Position numbers and translations under genes: made by a program. 64,000 nt of DNA from Azolla caroliniana (lineage: Eukaryota > Plantae > Polypodiophyta): assembly GCA_043228905.1 (NCBI GenBank), contig JBHGNT010000018.1, positions 5,270,001 through 5,334,000 of the forward strand. The letters run 5' to 3'. Positions within the stretch are counted from its first letter, which is position 1. Each line of letters begins with the position of its first letter. Positions 12,856-24,200 of this stretch are shown piece by piece. The notes under the pieces are model-generated. The model had not been told where the DNA came from, ran no database searches, and worked only from the letters and a program-made list of their open reading frames with translations.

Positions 12856-15853
12856 TCAGACGTTACGTAATGCAGCCAATCTTTCCTCCAGATCATCCAC
12901 TCCAGAACTGCAAAAATGAAAACTGTTTTGTATTAGGGCCCGTACCCTAGTGATAAGCCAAGTTTTTACCAAGCCATGCACCCAGGTTGATCAATTTCCA
13001 AATTGATCTTTTCACGACTCTTCTTTTGTTTGAAACGTTGCAGTAAACTGATGGGAGAAACTTTAACATGAGATTATTTTCTTGCAACATTTCTTTTTCT
13101 CTTCTCCCAATAGATTTGTTGTCTTTTGGAAACACTATATTTTACAATAGATTATTTTACAGATGTGAGATGTCATTTTTATATATGCAAGTGCATATGG
13201 TCCCTTGCAAAAACAAACACTTATAATCGGGCAAACAATGAATGACTCCGAAAGCCATCATCAATCTTTATGAGCATTTCAAGCGTTTACCTGCCGATGC
13301 CTTGAGCCCGTCTCTCAGCTATCTTCCCTTTTGGTGCAGATGAAAGCTACAAAATTATTTTTCAATTAGTTACTACTATTATGCTCCTGAGCATATTTCC
13401 AAGGATATAAAAGGAAAACTCGGCAATGCTACATATTCAAACACATTGTTTATACGTACTTGAGCAGCTATATCAATGCCTATTTCATCCAGAACCTGAA
13501 AATACAAAATTGAAATGTAAGGAAAACCTAAATGACAGTTTACATACGTCAAGCAGACAGAATAAAATGTTATACGATCCCATACCTGGTTGGTCAATTC
13601 TTCTGTCTCTTCTTCAGCTTCATCATTGTCCAAAGCATCATCAATGGAGTCAGACATCATCTCCGTCTGCATTGTAATGAAATAAATTGATCAATATTGT
13701 TCCCTCTCTCTCTCTATCTATATATATATATATATATATGATATACAATATGCACACAGATATATACTAATAACAGACATGTATATATAGCATACATGCA
13801 TCTATACAGTCACATATGTGGCCACCTCAATGTTATGTATCAGATTAAATGGGATGATAACTTATGTATGTGGCATGGAGAATAGATGCAGCAGAGAAAT
13901 GGTAAAAGCATACCGTCATGTCCATCTGGGCAGACTGTTTCTGGAATTCTTGCATAATCTTGGCTTGTTTTGCCGGTTCCATTTGCTACATGAAGCCAAT
14001 GACAAAAACACGAATCAAGAATAATAGACGGTATAATATGCTGAAATTAGAAAAATAAGAAACGGAAAAAACCTTGTTCATAGCAGCCATAGCTTTGCTA
14101 GCTCCTTTGATAGCCCCAGAAACAGCAGTATTTGCATACATTGCCTGAACAAAGAAAAGACACCAAGAGGCAAAAGAAAGCTGTAACATGTTGCTCTTAT
14201 GTGCCGTTTTATAATAAAACAAAATCTTGTTTATCTCAAAACTAATGTTTATTTTCCAAAAACCTGGGGAACCTCTTACAAATCGAATTTATAGCTTATT
14301 AGCTCATACCTGTGTATGTGTAGCAACACCACGCATTTGTGCACGGCTACCTTGCAATTTTTCTATTTGTTGTCTCAATCTAATGAGTTGCCTCGCCAAA
14401 ATTTTGGTGGCTGCCTGTGTGGTACACAAGAAATAATTGGATAATAGAAATCTCTTACCTATACATGTCGACGATAACTATATGATAGCAAAACACTCAA
14501 GCACAAGGATAACACATCGTACTTGAAGTACGCTTGCTCAAGATCAGGAAGCTATTTTTAATTAGGTATATAACCAGTTATCAATTTAAATATGTCCATT
14601 AGATTCATGATACATCACAATTGTTTTTTTACATGCATATATTTATGTATACATAAATGGTTATACACTTGAACACAACGGTCTATAACCTTCCCTCATT
14701 GCATGTAGACTTATAAATTAATTTAAAAAGAAATTCGGGTTCATGAGAAAGAAACCTCATTTCCTGTCTTTGCAGTCTTCTTAATCTCCGCAACCAGCTT
14801 CTTTTCCTGGTTTACCACATTTCGTACAAAAGTTTAATCAAGCAACGTCAATTTGAATGTGGAGAGGTGTCCATCATATCTAAAAGAAACTTGGAGTGGA
14901 AGTATTTGGTCATACCTCTACTTGCAAAGCTCCAATTTCTCTCTCAATTCCTATGCAAAACCATGTGGTCTTTGTTTTTATTCTGAAAGAAAGAAAGAAC
15001 AGGTGCACACACGCGCACACACATATATACATACGCACTTTATATACAGCTCATCCACCAATTTTGTTGTATACAGGTACGAATGTTCATCTCTAGACAT
15101 ATTTCTACATAGCAGATGCATATTTTTGGAATAGGTACAGTACAGAACGATCCTACCAGATAGACACTACCATATTTAAAAATTTCACGACGAGTAAGGA
15201 AAGACTAAGAAAAACATTATATTTCTTACGCAAAACAAAACAAGCATACCCTGCATGCATGTGAAAAAAAGTCCCATACAGTTTCAGAAAGTTCTGCATA
15301 CATAAATCTATAGAGGTTTACAATGTTCTAGGCATATTCCTTGAAAATTCAATGTTTCCAGACAAGACAGATCAATATGCACCAAATTTAGATTTTTAGA
15401 CATATACCTCATTAAAGAACAATTTTATCTGTTACTAAGCAATGTTTCATGGCGCTATCAAGAAAAATTACAAAGAAGTACAATTCGTGTCTATATACGG
15501 AAAACGAGTTCAAACCTCGAGTAGCAACTGCCGTTTCTCTCTTACTGGTTCGCAAAGCATCTGCGAACGCCAGAGCAATGATTAAATACTACATACATCT
15601 GTGTGATCTTTCTTGTTCATGTATGTCATAAACCCCAAAGTTGAGCAAAAGAGGAAGGGAAAGAAAAAAAAAAGCAATCTTCCAAAGAAGAATAGAAATG
15701 GAAAGGTGAGATGTTATCTCTACACAACAAGATCCTAATCAGAAGAAGAAGAAGAAGAAATCATTGAATTAGAAGAAACCCTAACTATGCCTACCCGAAG
15801 AGGAAGAAGGAAGGCGTACCTTTGGCAGTGGGTTTCTTTCGGAAGAGATTCAT
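12856..15853 (-). CDS. VPS2: ESCRT-III subunit VPS2 (VPS2.2/2.3-like, Snf7 family), 212 aa, 11 exons
   Basis: Exons 15853-15820, 15560-15516, 14950-14916, 14806-14756, 14414-14310, 14144-14073, 13985-13914, 13666-13586, 13495-13460, 13346-13291, 12907-12856; all GT-AG; 639 nt. Protein MNLFRKKPTAKDALRTSKRETAVATRGIEREI...EKKLVAEIKKTAKTGNEAATKILARQL...VLDEIGIDIAAQLSSAPKG...DDLEERLAALRNV, with a C-terminal MIM1 motif. Confidence 0.96.
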
Positions 15854-15879
15854 GACGGCGTTTGATAGAAGATATATAT

Positions 15880-16075
15880 ATATATATATACAGGCGATGG
15901 AAGAAAAGAAGAGATGATGATGATGATGATAGACACAGACAAGACAGACAGGCAGCAGAAGGAGGAGGAGGAGAAGAAGAAGAAGAAGAAGAAGAAGAAG
16001 AAGAAGACTTTAGAGACTTTTTTTTGTGGGAGGAAGGCTTCTCCACAAAAATGACCGTTAGTTTGAAACCATAGA

Positions 16076-16110
<35 letters not shown>
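15880..16110. repeat. (TA)n, (GAT)n, (GGA)n, (GAA)n and (CT)n microsatellites in the VPS2 5'UTR/promoter
   Basis: Directly visible simple repeats upstream of the VPS2 ATG at 15853. Confidence 0.9.
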
Positions 16111-16113
<3 letters not shown>

Positions 16114-16167
16114 GTCAATATTGGCCTCATTGTGGACGCTAAAAATTACATATCTATCTATCTCTCA

Positions 16168-16480
16168 CTTTGACCGGATCTTATAGAGAGTCCGTCTTGA
16201 CCGGATCGGATACAGGGTCCCCTCTCTTGACCAGATCAGATACAAGAACCCCCCTTGACCTTGATCGGATCAGCGACAGGGTCCCCTCTCTTGACCAAAT
16301 CAAATACAGAACCCCCCTTGACCATGATCGGATTGGCTACAGGGTCCCCTCTCTTGACCAGATCAGATACAAAACCCCCCTTGACCTTGATCGGATCGGC
16401 TACAAGGTCCCCTCTCTTGACCAGATCAGATACAGGTCCCCCCTTGACCTTGACCGCATTGGATAGAAGGTCCCTCTTCA
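16168..16480. repeat. Tandem minisatellite, 60-bp unit built from two ~30-bp subunits, about 5 copies
   Basis: CCCCTTGACC(T/A)TGATCGGAT...ACAGGGTCCCCTCTCTTGACCAGATCAGATACA repeats with period 60. Both halves contain CTTGACC..GATC.GAT. Confidence 0.92.
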
Positions 16481-16509
16481 CCACAAACCACCCCACCACA
16501 CACCCGTAA

Positions 16510-17650
16510 ACATCCTCTCCCACATCGAAGCAAGTGTGACTTGACCTGTATGGAAGCGATGGTTCGGATTGCAGCCAAGGAGATATAGGCTCTAACACAC
16601 ATATTGATGCGTGTCGTTTTTCCTTGTTCGGCATAGAATATGGTCTCGTAGCTAAGTGCAACATTTGTTGTATAATGTGTGAAGCATGAGCCTCCACATA
16701 AAACCAGCTTTCTTGAAAAAAAACTGAGTTTAACCTCTGTTGAGTACTTCCATACAAATTTTGAACCAACAACCTTGATAAATAAGGCGGTTGTATGATG
16801 AGTTATAACCATTGTTGACATAGTTTTCCTAGTCTCTAAAGACCCATACAACAAGATGCCCCAAATGTTACGGGCATGACCATAAATTATCTCGTAGTAA
16901 GATTGTACCATATTATTCTATACACATGCATAAAGTGTGAGGGTTAAACGAGAGTGTAAAAAAGGGAGGATTACTTTTAATACTAGGGATCAAGACGGAC
17001 TCGAGCCTTGATCGGCATCCCATACCACTGTCGCGGAATCGAGTCATACCTAGTGTTGTCACGCTCGCTACAAGAGTTGATCACCACAATATCAGAGTCT
17101 CAACGTAGACGATAATGTGTCAAATGAGGATAGATAGGCCTCATATTTATAGCCAAACCTAAGGCCCCCAGGCAAGGAAGTTCACGCTTAGCCTTAATGG
17201 GTTATCTCAAATCCTGGGATTAAAAGTAATCCTCCCTTCTTTACACTCTCGTTTAACCCTCGCACTTTATCCACGTGTATAGAATACTATGGTACAATCT
17301 TATCACGGGATAATTTATGGTCATGCCCATAACACTAGAGGGGGATCAATGCCAAATTGTTTGTAAGACTCAGTCTGTGTCAAAGGAAGTTCTACATGTC
17401 ATGATACATTGGCATTGCAAAAACACCTCATTTGTAGAGGAATATATCGATGCATCATGAAGCAAATGTGTTGTATCCCATTTTCCAACCATTTCCCCAT
17501 ATCTTGCATTAAACCAAAACACAATTTTTTGCTTTTGTGTGTCTTTTGGATCTTTTTGCTTGTTTCCCATGCAATTCTAGAAAGTCAATGAGAAGGACTT
17601 TGTTTACCCTTAAAGCATGCTCAACAATCAATGGCCACGACCTCAATGGG
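16510..17650 (-). repeat. Dispersed unclassified repeat, copy A, interrupted by a ~670-bp insert; homologous to 47430-48130 and 48310-48905
   Basis: Reverse complement of 16600-16700 (ATGTGGAGGCTCATGCTTCACACATTATAC...ATGTTGCACTTAGCTAC) matches ~47708-47760 and ~48536-48585. Reverse complement of 17390-17580 (GATCCAAAAGACACAC...CATGATGCATC...CAATGTATCATGACATG) matches ~47520-47700. Confidence 0.8.
16866..17334 (-). mobile_element. 469-bp TG..CA solo-LTR-like element with ~120-bp terminal inverted repeats
   Basis: 16866-16981 is the reverse complement of 17219-17334, about 9 mismatches in 116 by manual count. The core ATGAGGATAGATAGGCCTCATATTTATA matches the gypsy LTR TATA region (38847-38874) at 25/28. 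Flanks CCAAA / CTAGA may be a decayed 5-bp TSD. Confidence 0.8.
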
Positions 17651-17751
17651 AACATATCCCATTAATCCACGCTTAGAATATAAGTTCTGATGATTACAAA
17701 TATTATGTTATAACTTAGAACAGGGAGTCTCTACCGAAAAGCAGAGTTAGA

Positions 17752-17820
17752 GGGATGTAGCTCAATTGGTAAGGTTGCCTAGTAAAGACCACGAAGTCAT
17801 GGGTCAACCCTTACATGTTG
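17752..17820 (+). mobile_element. tRNA-derived (tRNA-Ala-like) SINE head or tRNA pseudogene
   Basis: GGGATGTAGCTCAATTGGTAAG resembles the tRNA 5' end and A box; GGGTCAACCC is a degenerate B box. No intact anticodon or T arm. Confidence 0.45.
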
Positions 17821-18239
17821 TAGTTGCTCTCTAGAAAATTAAGAGATATGTATGTAGTAATAAAGAGTTGAGAAAATTGGGTTTCGAGCCCAAGATGTAG
17901 TGGTAGTAGTATAAAAACTTACCACTAGGGTAAGGTAATTACAATTTAAAAACGGAGACAAAGATTATTAGATAGTTTTTAGCATCCATAGAGAGACCAT
18001 TATTGACCCATCAAACCTAAGTATTCAAGTTTTCTTGATATGTGTTTCCTTCTAAGAAAGGATATTTATACTTCGAAGCACAAAGTCTCGATGTATGAAT
18101 AAAGCATACACATATAAGCTCACCCTTCGAAGTGCTTTTTAATGTGACACTCAAGTCATCACCCCCCTCTTGATATGGCATTGTAGCTTTCACGTTTTGG
18201 ACTATATCCTAAGCATATAAAAAGCAAGTGATATTCAAT

Positions 18240-18830
18240 GTCTAACTTGTGCGATTGAGTGTGGAGTGTGAGGGCTCTACAAGAGTCAATACATATTTCA
18301 ATAAGGAGATAAGGTTGAATATTATCATATTTGATAGATTTTGATGCAAAAATGCAACTTCAATACCTAGCTTGTATGATTGGTGTGAAGGAGTATGAGG
18401 GCTCTATGAGAGTCAATACACATGTCAATAATGAGACAAAGTTAAATATGATCAATATGCATCCTTGCGTTATATTGAACCCAACATTCAAGGTTGAAGT
18501 TTGCAATGTAATATTCTAATTTTGACCTTTTAGCATTTTCCCACTTATTCATTAGTGGTTCAATTAACTTTCCTTGATAACTACATATTTCGTGACATGA
18601 AATCTCTAGAAGTTCTTCCATATCCCATCTTTTGAACCATTTATTGATGTCAACTACCCAACCCAATGAGAGAATTTTGTTCTTGTGATTCTTTTATAGT
18701 TTATGTCCAACATTCCTAGAAAAAGGTGATAATCTATTATTTGGCATATTCTTGACTTTCATAATGTATCTATATACTCTATATAGTCTCAAATCTCTAT
18801 AGGTAAGTGAGTGCGAGAGAGAGGGAGAGG
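18240..18830 (-). mobile_element. LINE (RTE-like) ORF2 3' relic, homologous to 36480-36790
   Basis: KLIEPLMNKWENAKRSKLEYYIANFN here vs RLIEPQRKKWEYAKRTKLEYYIANLN at 36479-36709. AAGCTAGGTATTGAAGT is shared (R..SH.L.IE-type LINE C-terminal motif). Local ~125-bp tandem duplication at 18245-18450. Confidence 0.6.
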
Positions 18831-19319
18831 GAGACTTAAGTTTGTGCTCTAGGGAGATCCAAATGAGGAAGAAACCCTTACAATAAGTGTATAGTTTCAC
18901 CTATATAGTTCTTCCTTGTTAAGCGATGTTACTATTGTGTTCCTTTCATACTTGGTAAGGTATAAAGGTTTAGATATATTGCCATAATACCCCATTCAAA
19001 TGTTTGACCTCATGAACGAACTAAAGCAACATTGGAATAACACTAAATTCTTGTGCACCATGGATGAAGAGGAACCTCATCTCTGCCCCACATCCACATG
19101 CGGACTATCATAGATACCCAACTAACTCCAAGCTTTTTCTATTTCTATGAGAAGCATGAAGGGGTGATTGAAGCTCACAGGATAGCCCACAAACTCCACT
19201 CATGGATGTGGACCATCATTCCATCAATGGAAATGATTGGATGTCTAAACAGTGAGTGCTCCCCACTCACGGCATGTTGTGCAAAGCATTAGGCACAAAT
19301 GGCAATCTCCCACCCCATT

Positions 19320-19840
19320 CCATGAGTATGAAAATTGTAACATGGAACGTGCAAGGGCTCAGGAGTCGACTAGGCCAGCAAAACAGATGGAAACTGAGAA
19401 GAGATCTTGAGAAATATATATTAGGGGGTGTTGCTGACATCATCATGTTGCAGGAACACCACCTTGATAGTACACTTTCAAAGGAAGTCAGAGATCTTTT
19501 ACCAGGATCATGGCGAACAATTTGGGAGCCAGCAATAGGGGAGGATGGAAATCATGGTGGTATTTGCACTTTGATTCAAGAACATCTAGCCTAAGGTTTA
19601 ATACACCAAGAATCATTGATACCTGGAAGGGCACATTTTTGCACGTTGGTCATCCAAGGGCAACATTGGAATTTCATGAATGTTTATGCTCCAAATAACG
19701 GCACAAAACGGGGGCAACATTCTAGGAGCACATTCGCCAACAAGTAGCGGGTGCGGAGGAGTGGTGCATTGGAGGGGATTTTAATATGATTGAATCCATT
19801 CATGATAGCATCAAAGGTCATTGTATCCTTGGACCATAGC
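19320..19840 (+). mobile_element. LINE (L1-like) APE endonuclease fragment, pseudogenised
   Basis: MKIVTWNVQGL, DIIMLQEHHL, GGICTLI, then past an in-frame stop MNVYAPN and WCIGGDFNMIE: canonical EEP-domain motifs. Confidence 0.88.
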
Positions 19841-21251
19841 ATCAAAGGTCAAATGTTTGGTGAATAGTAAACAAGCATCAAGAAGTATATGAATTGGCTC
19901 AGACTCTTTTTCCCAATATTTGCACTAATATCTCCTAATGCAGTAGGACACTCATCAAGTATTGGTATGAATACAAGGCATGTATGCTTTTTCAAGAGTA
20001 TTTGATGTGTGAGGACAATTCCTCAATCCATAAACAAGAGTTGGCTCCTAAATCCAAGAGAGTAGATGCAAGAACTTGGTGACACCTAGTTGTACAAAGC
20101 TTATCGTGTGTTTTGAAAATCCTTCTAACCCAATTAGGTGAAAGACAATAAGTTCTAGGCACATGCTCTTTATATCTTCGATTGTCCAACCAAATGGCTC
20201 CAATTTTGGCTAAAACTTAAGACTTATTCATTTAACTCTTTTGGTAGGTTATAAAATTCAAACCTATTTGAATGGGCATGACTAGAGAACTATAATTGAG
20301 TTTATCATTATCGCTTACTTTATTTACTTGACTTTGTGGTTAGTTTTTTGACCATTGACTATTGGGTCATGGGCCACCACAATAAAAAAAAAGATAGTTT
20401 GCTCAGTCATTACTTTTCCACTTTAGTCGAGGCCCATCAATTACATGTTACATCCATCCATATTGGAGTAGGGCTCCCGTTGGGAATAGATGATGCACAA
20501 CTCCATGAGAGGGGTACTTCGGTTTATGCATACATTTTCATCAATTTCTTGTCTAATGCCAAAGTGGTGGTACCTACCTCTACAAACCCATATCAAGAGA
20601 GAGATTGATTGCACTTCTTTCCATATTGCTTGGCATTTTTCAACCCTTTCTCTTAATTTTTCACCATCTCATTTAATGTTTTAATTTGATTGATCTCTAG
20701 AATCTCAGTGTTCCTTGTCACCCAATTCTGTATAGAAGATAGCTTCCAATTTCAGGATCACTATCAACTACCAGGAATCCAAATTTTCAGGCCAAGGAAA
20801 ATAATATGGAAGTGCTCTATCTTCATTTCAGGATCACTATCAACATTTTCTTCTTCCTGTTTGCATATTTTTGTTGCGAACTTCTATGGTTTTACTAAGT
20901 TTATCAGCAACACTTTTTAAGGACACCTTATTACAGGCACATATATAATCGATTTAAGTTATTAATTACAATAGCTTGAGAAGCAAAAACATTGGGATGC
21001 AATCACTATGTTTTTCTAGGTTAAGACCAAAAAATGTGCTTTTTCGAATACAGAAGCCATAAGCTTTCTGAGGTACACGGGACTTTCTGAGACAATCTTC
21101 GATAACATTGAACATTTTGTCCTTGGTCATTAGACAGGACCAGGAATTACTGTACAAAAATGTGCCTCTGGATTCTTTGCTGAGAAAGCAGAGCAGTACG
21201 CTGTTTTTGTCAACTAGAATTATCACACAGAAGGCAATGACACAAATCATT

Positions 21252-24200
21252 CTATACCCACGGGGTACCAGTACCAATCCTATAGTCATTGTTTCCATGT
21301 GATCTGTACCAAGAAGTGGTATGAGGAGCATAGCCAGCACCAAACCTGCGATCTGAGAGATCATAACTGTAATCCTGTCCAGAAACACGAGTATACCTGC
21401 GATCTAACAAATCATAATTGTAGTCCTGTTCAGAAACACGCGGAGCTCGCAACCTTCCTGCATCATGGGCATTGTCTGGAAGCAAATATCGTGTGTCTCG
21501 AAATCTGTGTGCCCTTGACTGTTGTTGCACCATACGATCCTGCCAATTCAACTCTGGGACAAAATGCATCTCTGATCGATTCAAGGCAATTCCTGTATTA
21601 CCTATCCCTCTCATAGAATGCCTATGAAAGGGAAAAGGATCTCCACTAATGGTCCTATATGTAGACCCTTCTAGTAAGTGTGAATCATTGGGTTCTACAT
21701 TTTGAAATTGTACTCTGTAACAATATTCACCATCATCATCACTGACAAAGAAAACAGAGAAAAACAAAAATATATTCATTTTTACCTGGATATCGCAGGT
21801 TGTGCCGCATACAAGGAATCCATATCAGATGATGCTTGTGGCCTTGCAGTTTCATTTGACGTGGCAATCCATGGCCTCAGCTCTGGAGATGTAATTGGCT
21901 CAGGATTAACTAACATGACCTGTTCTCCAGAGATGAGCCAGGGCATCCTGTATTGCTGCCTATCGTGTGTTTCCATGTATGGATCTGAATTAAACAATTA
22001 GATGAGCATATTAGAATCGGACATAACAAACCTGCACAAATTTGCAAAAGGTCCAGACTACTGAATTACTTGTTGAATAGTTATTTTCCCTGCAAAGACC
22101 ACAATCATTGGTATTTTAGATACGATTTCACATAACAAAGAGGTTTCATCCGCTCTAAATAAAATTATATTTCTCACTCACCCATATGAAAGTGGTAATT
22201 GTCTATGTGAACCCTGCCTGAAGGTCTGTCCGAACTGCTTAACATAAACAAATAAATCAGTGACATCTTGTAGTAATGGATAATCTGATGGTTGTCATCA
22301 ACTGACAAAACTATTCCATCATTATTGAAAATAAATGACGCTGTCACTGAGAACAGCCACAGAAAGAGTCACAAAGGAGTCCTATTGGTATCTCATTTTG
22401 GACGCTTAACTTAGCCAAGATATTTTCTATCCTTATGCTAAATAACTCTCTCAGATGCTATGGTCCACTGCCCCCACAACCAACGTCTCCAACCAGTAAT
22501 ATTATCCGTCACATCAATATGATAACAAGATTTTGATCATAAAGAATAGACACTTGGAAATGTTTGCTATGCATCTAAGAAATGACATGAACTTCGCTAA
22601 GAGATTGTGAAAACAATCCCTCACATGTAAATTACAAAACCAGAATTGCCATGAATACATGAAGTCAATCCAATGAGAATTTAGGAAATCCATACACAAA
22701 ATATCAGAAAGCATATGTAATATTAACACAAAATCCATACTCAAAATACCAGAAAGCATATGTAAACTTAACACACAATCCATACACAAGATACCAGAAG
22801 CATATGTAATGTTAACCTGAGACTGGGATGCTTTCCAGCCGTTAACTTTACATTGTAACCTTGTAAGTGAGCTAGATGCAGCTATAGGAACATCTGAATG
22901 GACATAACTAAGCAGCTAACATGCTAATCTAATTTCACTTTTTATAATTTAGTTTTGTCGTACTTCATAGTTAAGTAAATTGGAGTAAAAGATTGTGATA
23001 CAATAAGGAGATAAAGAGTGCCATAGACATACCCTGCCATCAATCACATTATGTTGTATTCCACTATAGTTGTCAGGATCTGAAAGAGAATTTCTCATAA
23101 GTTGTGATTGCAAGAAACAGCCGCCAGAATATAACCATTGTCCTCCCTCTACTTGTCGGCAATTTGGGCACTGCATTGCTCCTTTAGCATTGAAAGCAGA
23201 ACCAATACAGTCTGAAAATAGAAAAGAACTACACTGGAATCAACATATAAATGGAATGAAAAATATATCAAAACTGTTTCTAATAGCTGATATACGAGAG
23301 AGGAGTATGTTCTGGTTGCAAGGATAAATCAAGAAACTCCTATCATCCATAAATAGCATAAATCTACTTATGGATGTTAGTTTTAAAAATAGTCATAGGA
23401 AATTTAAATAAATATGACTGAAATGGAGTGAAAAATAGTTTTTCTGTCCTGCCTTCAAGCAGAAGAAACATGCCAAATGACACTGATTCCGCTCAATATA
23501 TATATGCTCTGGCATTCAAGGGTCACTAGCTCTCGTTGTCATTTCCTTAACGCTTTCAATCTCAAAAAATAGTGGAACTTGAATACGTTCATCTAGATCT
23601 ATGTGCATGATGAAGACCAAGAACATTGTTCTCCTCTCAATTAAGACATAAAGCATAGAAGGTATCAAACAGTATATCTTGCAAGCTCTCTCATAAAATA
23701 TTTATGCATTACAAGTCCTGATGAATTTGTGAGTGTCTGGAGTAGTCATCAGTAGTTAACATAATGCATTACATGAATGCTGAAATGAATGATACTAACT
23801 TTCCTAATACAGTGATTTCTACGGTCAGAGATTTCCCTCATAGTTCTGGTTCTTGACCTATGAGCCACAAGCCAGGGATCCACTTATGTACCCTTTGTTT
23901 CCATAAAAAAAGATGAATAAAGAACAAGTATTTGGTAAAAATAATAATAATACTACAATCCTCTCAGCAAATGCAAATATGAATGAGACATCGTTCTTTA
24001 TTGTCTGCAGCACAGTTACATATTCAATATAAAATAATAATTAATATGGATATGGATACTCCCTTGTCCAGTTGTTCTGAAATGGAGTGCATCTCAACAC
24101 GATCTTTGTGAAGAGTCTTTCTTGAAGTGATCCAAGCCTCTCTTCTGTAGAGTTGCAATAGGTCGTGCAGCAATGCTTTGATCAATCGTGTCTTACACGA

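Noticed and set aside
15735-16130. Poly-Ser and poly-Glu ORFs
   Set aside because: Microsatellites in the VPS2 5'UTR/promoter.
16168-16480. Regular repeats resembling a CRISPR array or a repeat protein (ORFs in several frames)
   Set aside because: Head-to-tail 60-bp units with no unique spacers, no cas genes and a eukaryotic context. The open frames follow from a stop-free unit whose length is divisible by 3.
17752-17820. Functional tRNA gene
   Set aside because: Only the 5' strand and D arm are tRNA-like. The T-loop consensus GTTCRA and the anticodon stem are absent.
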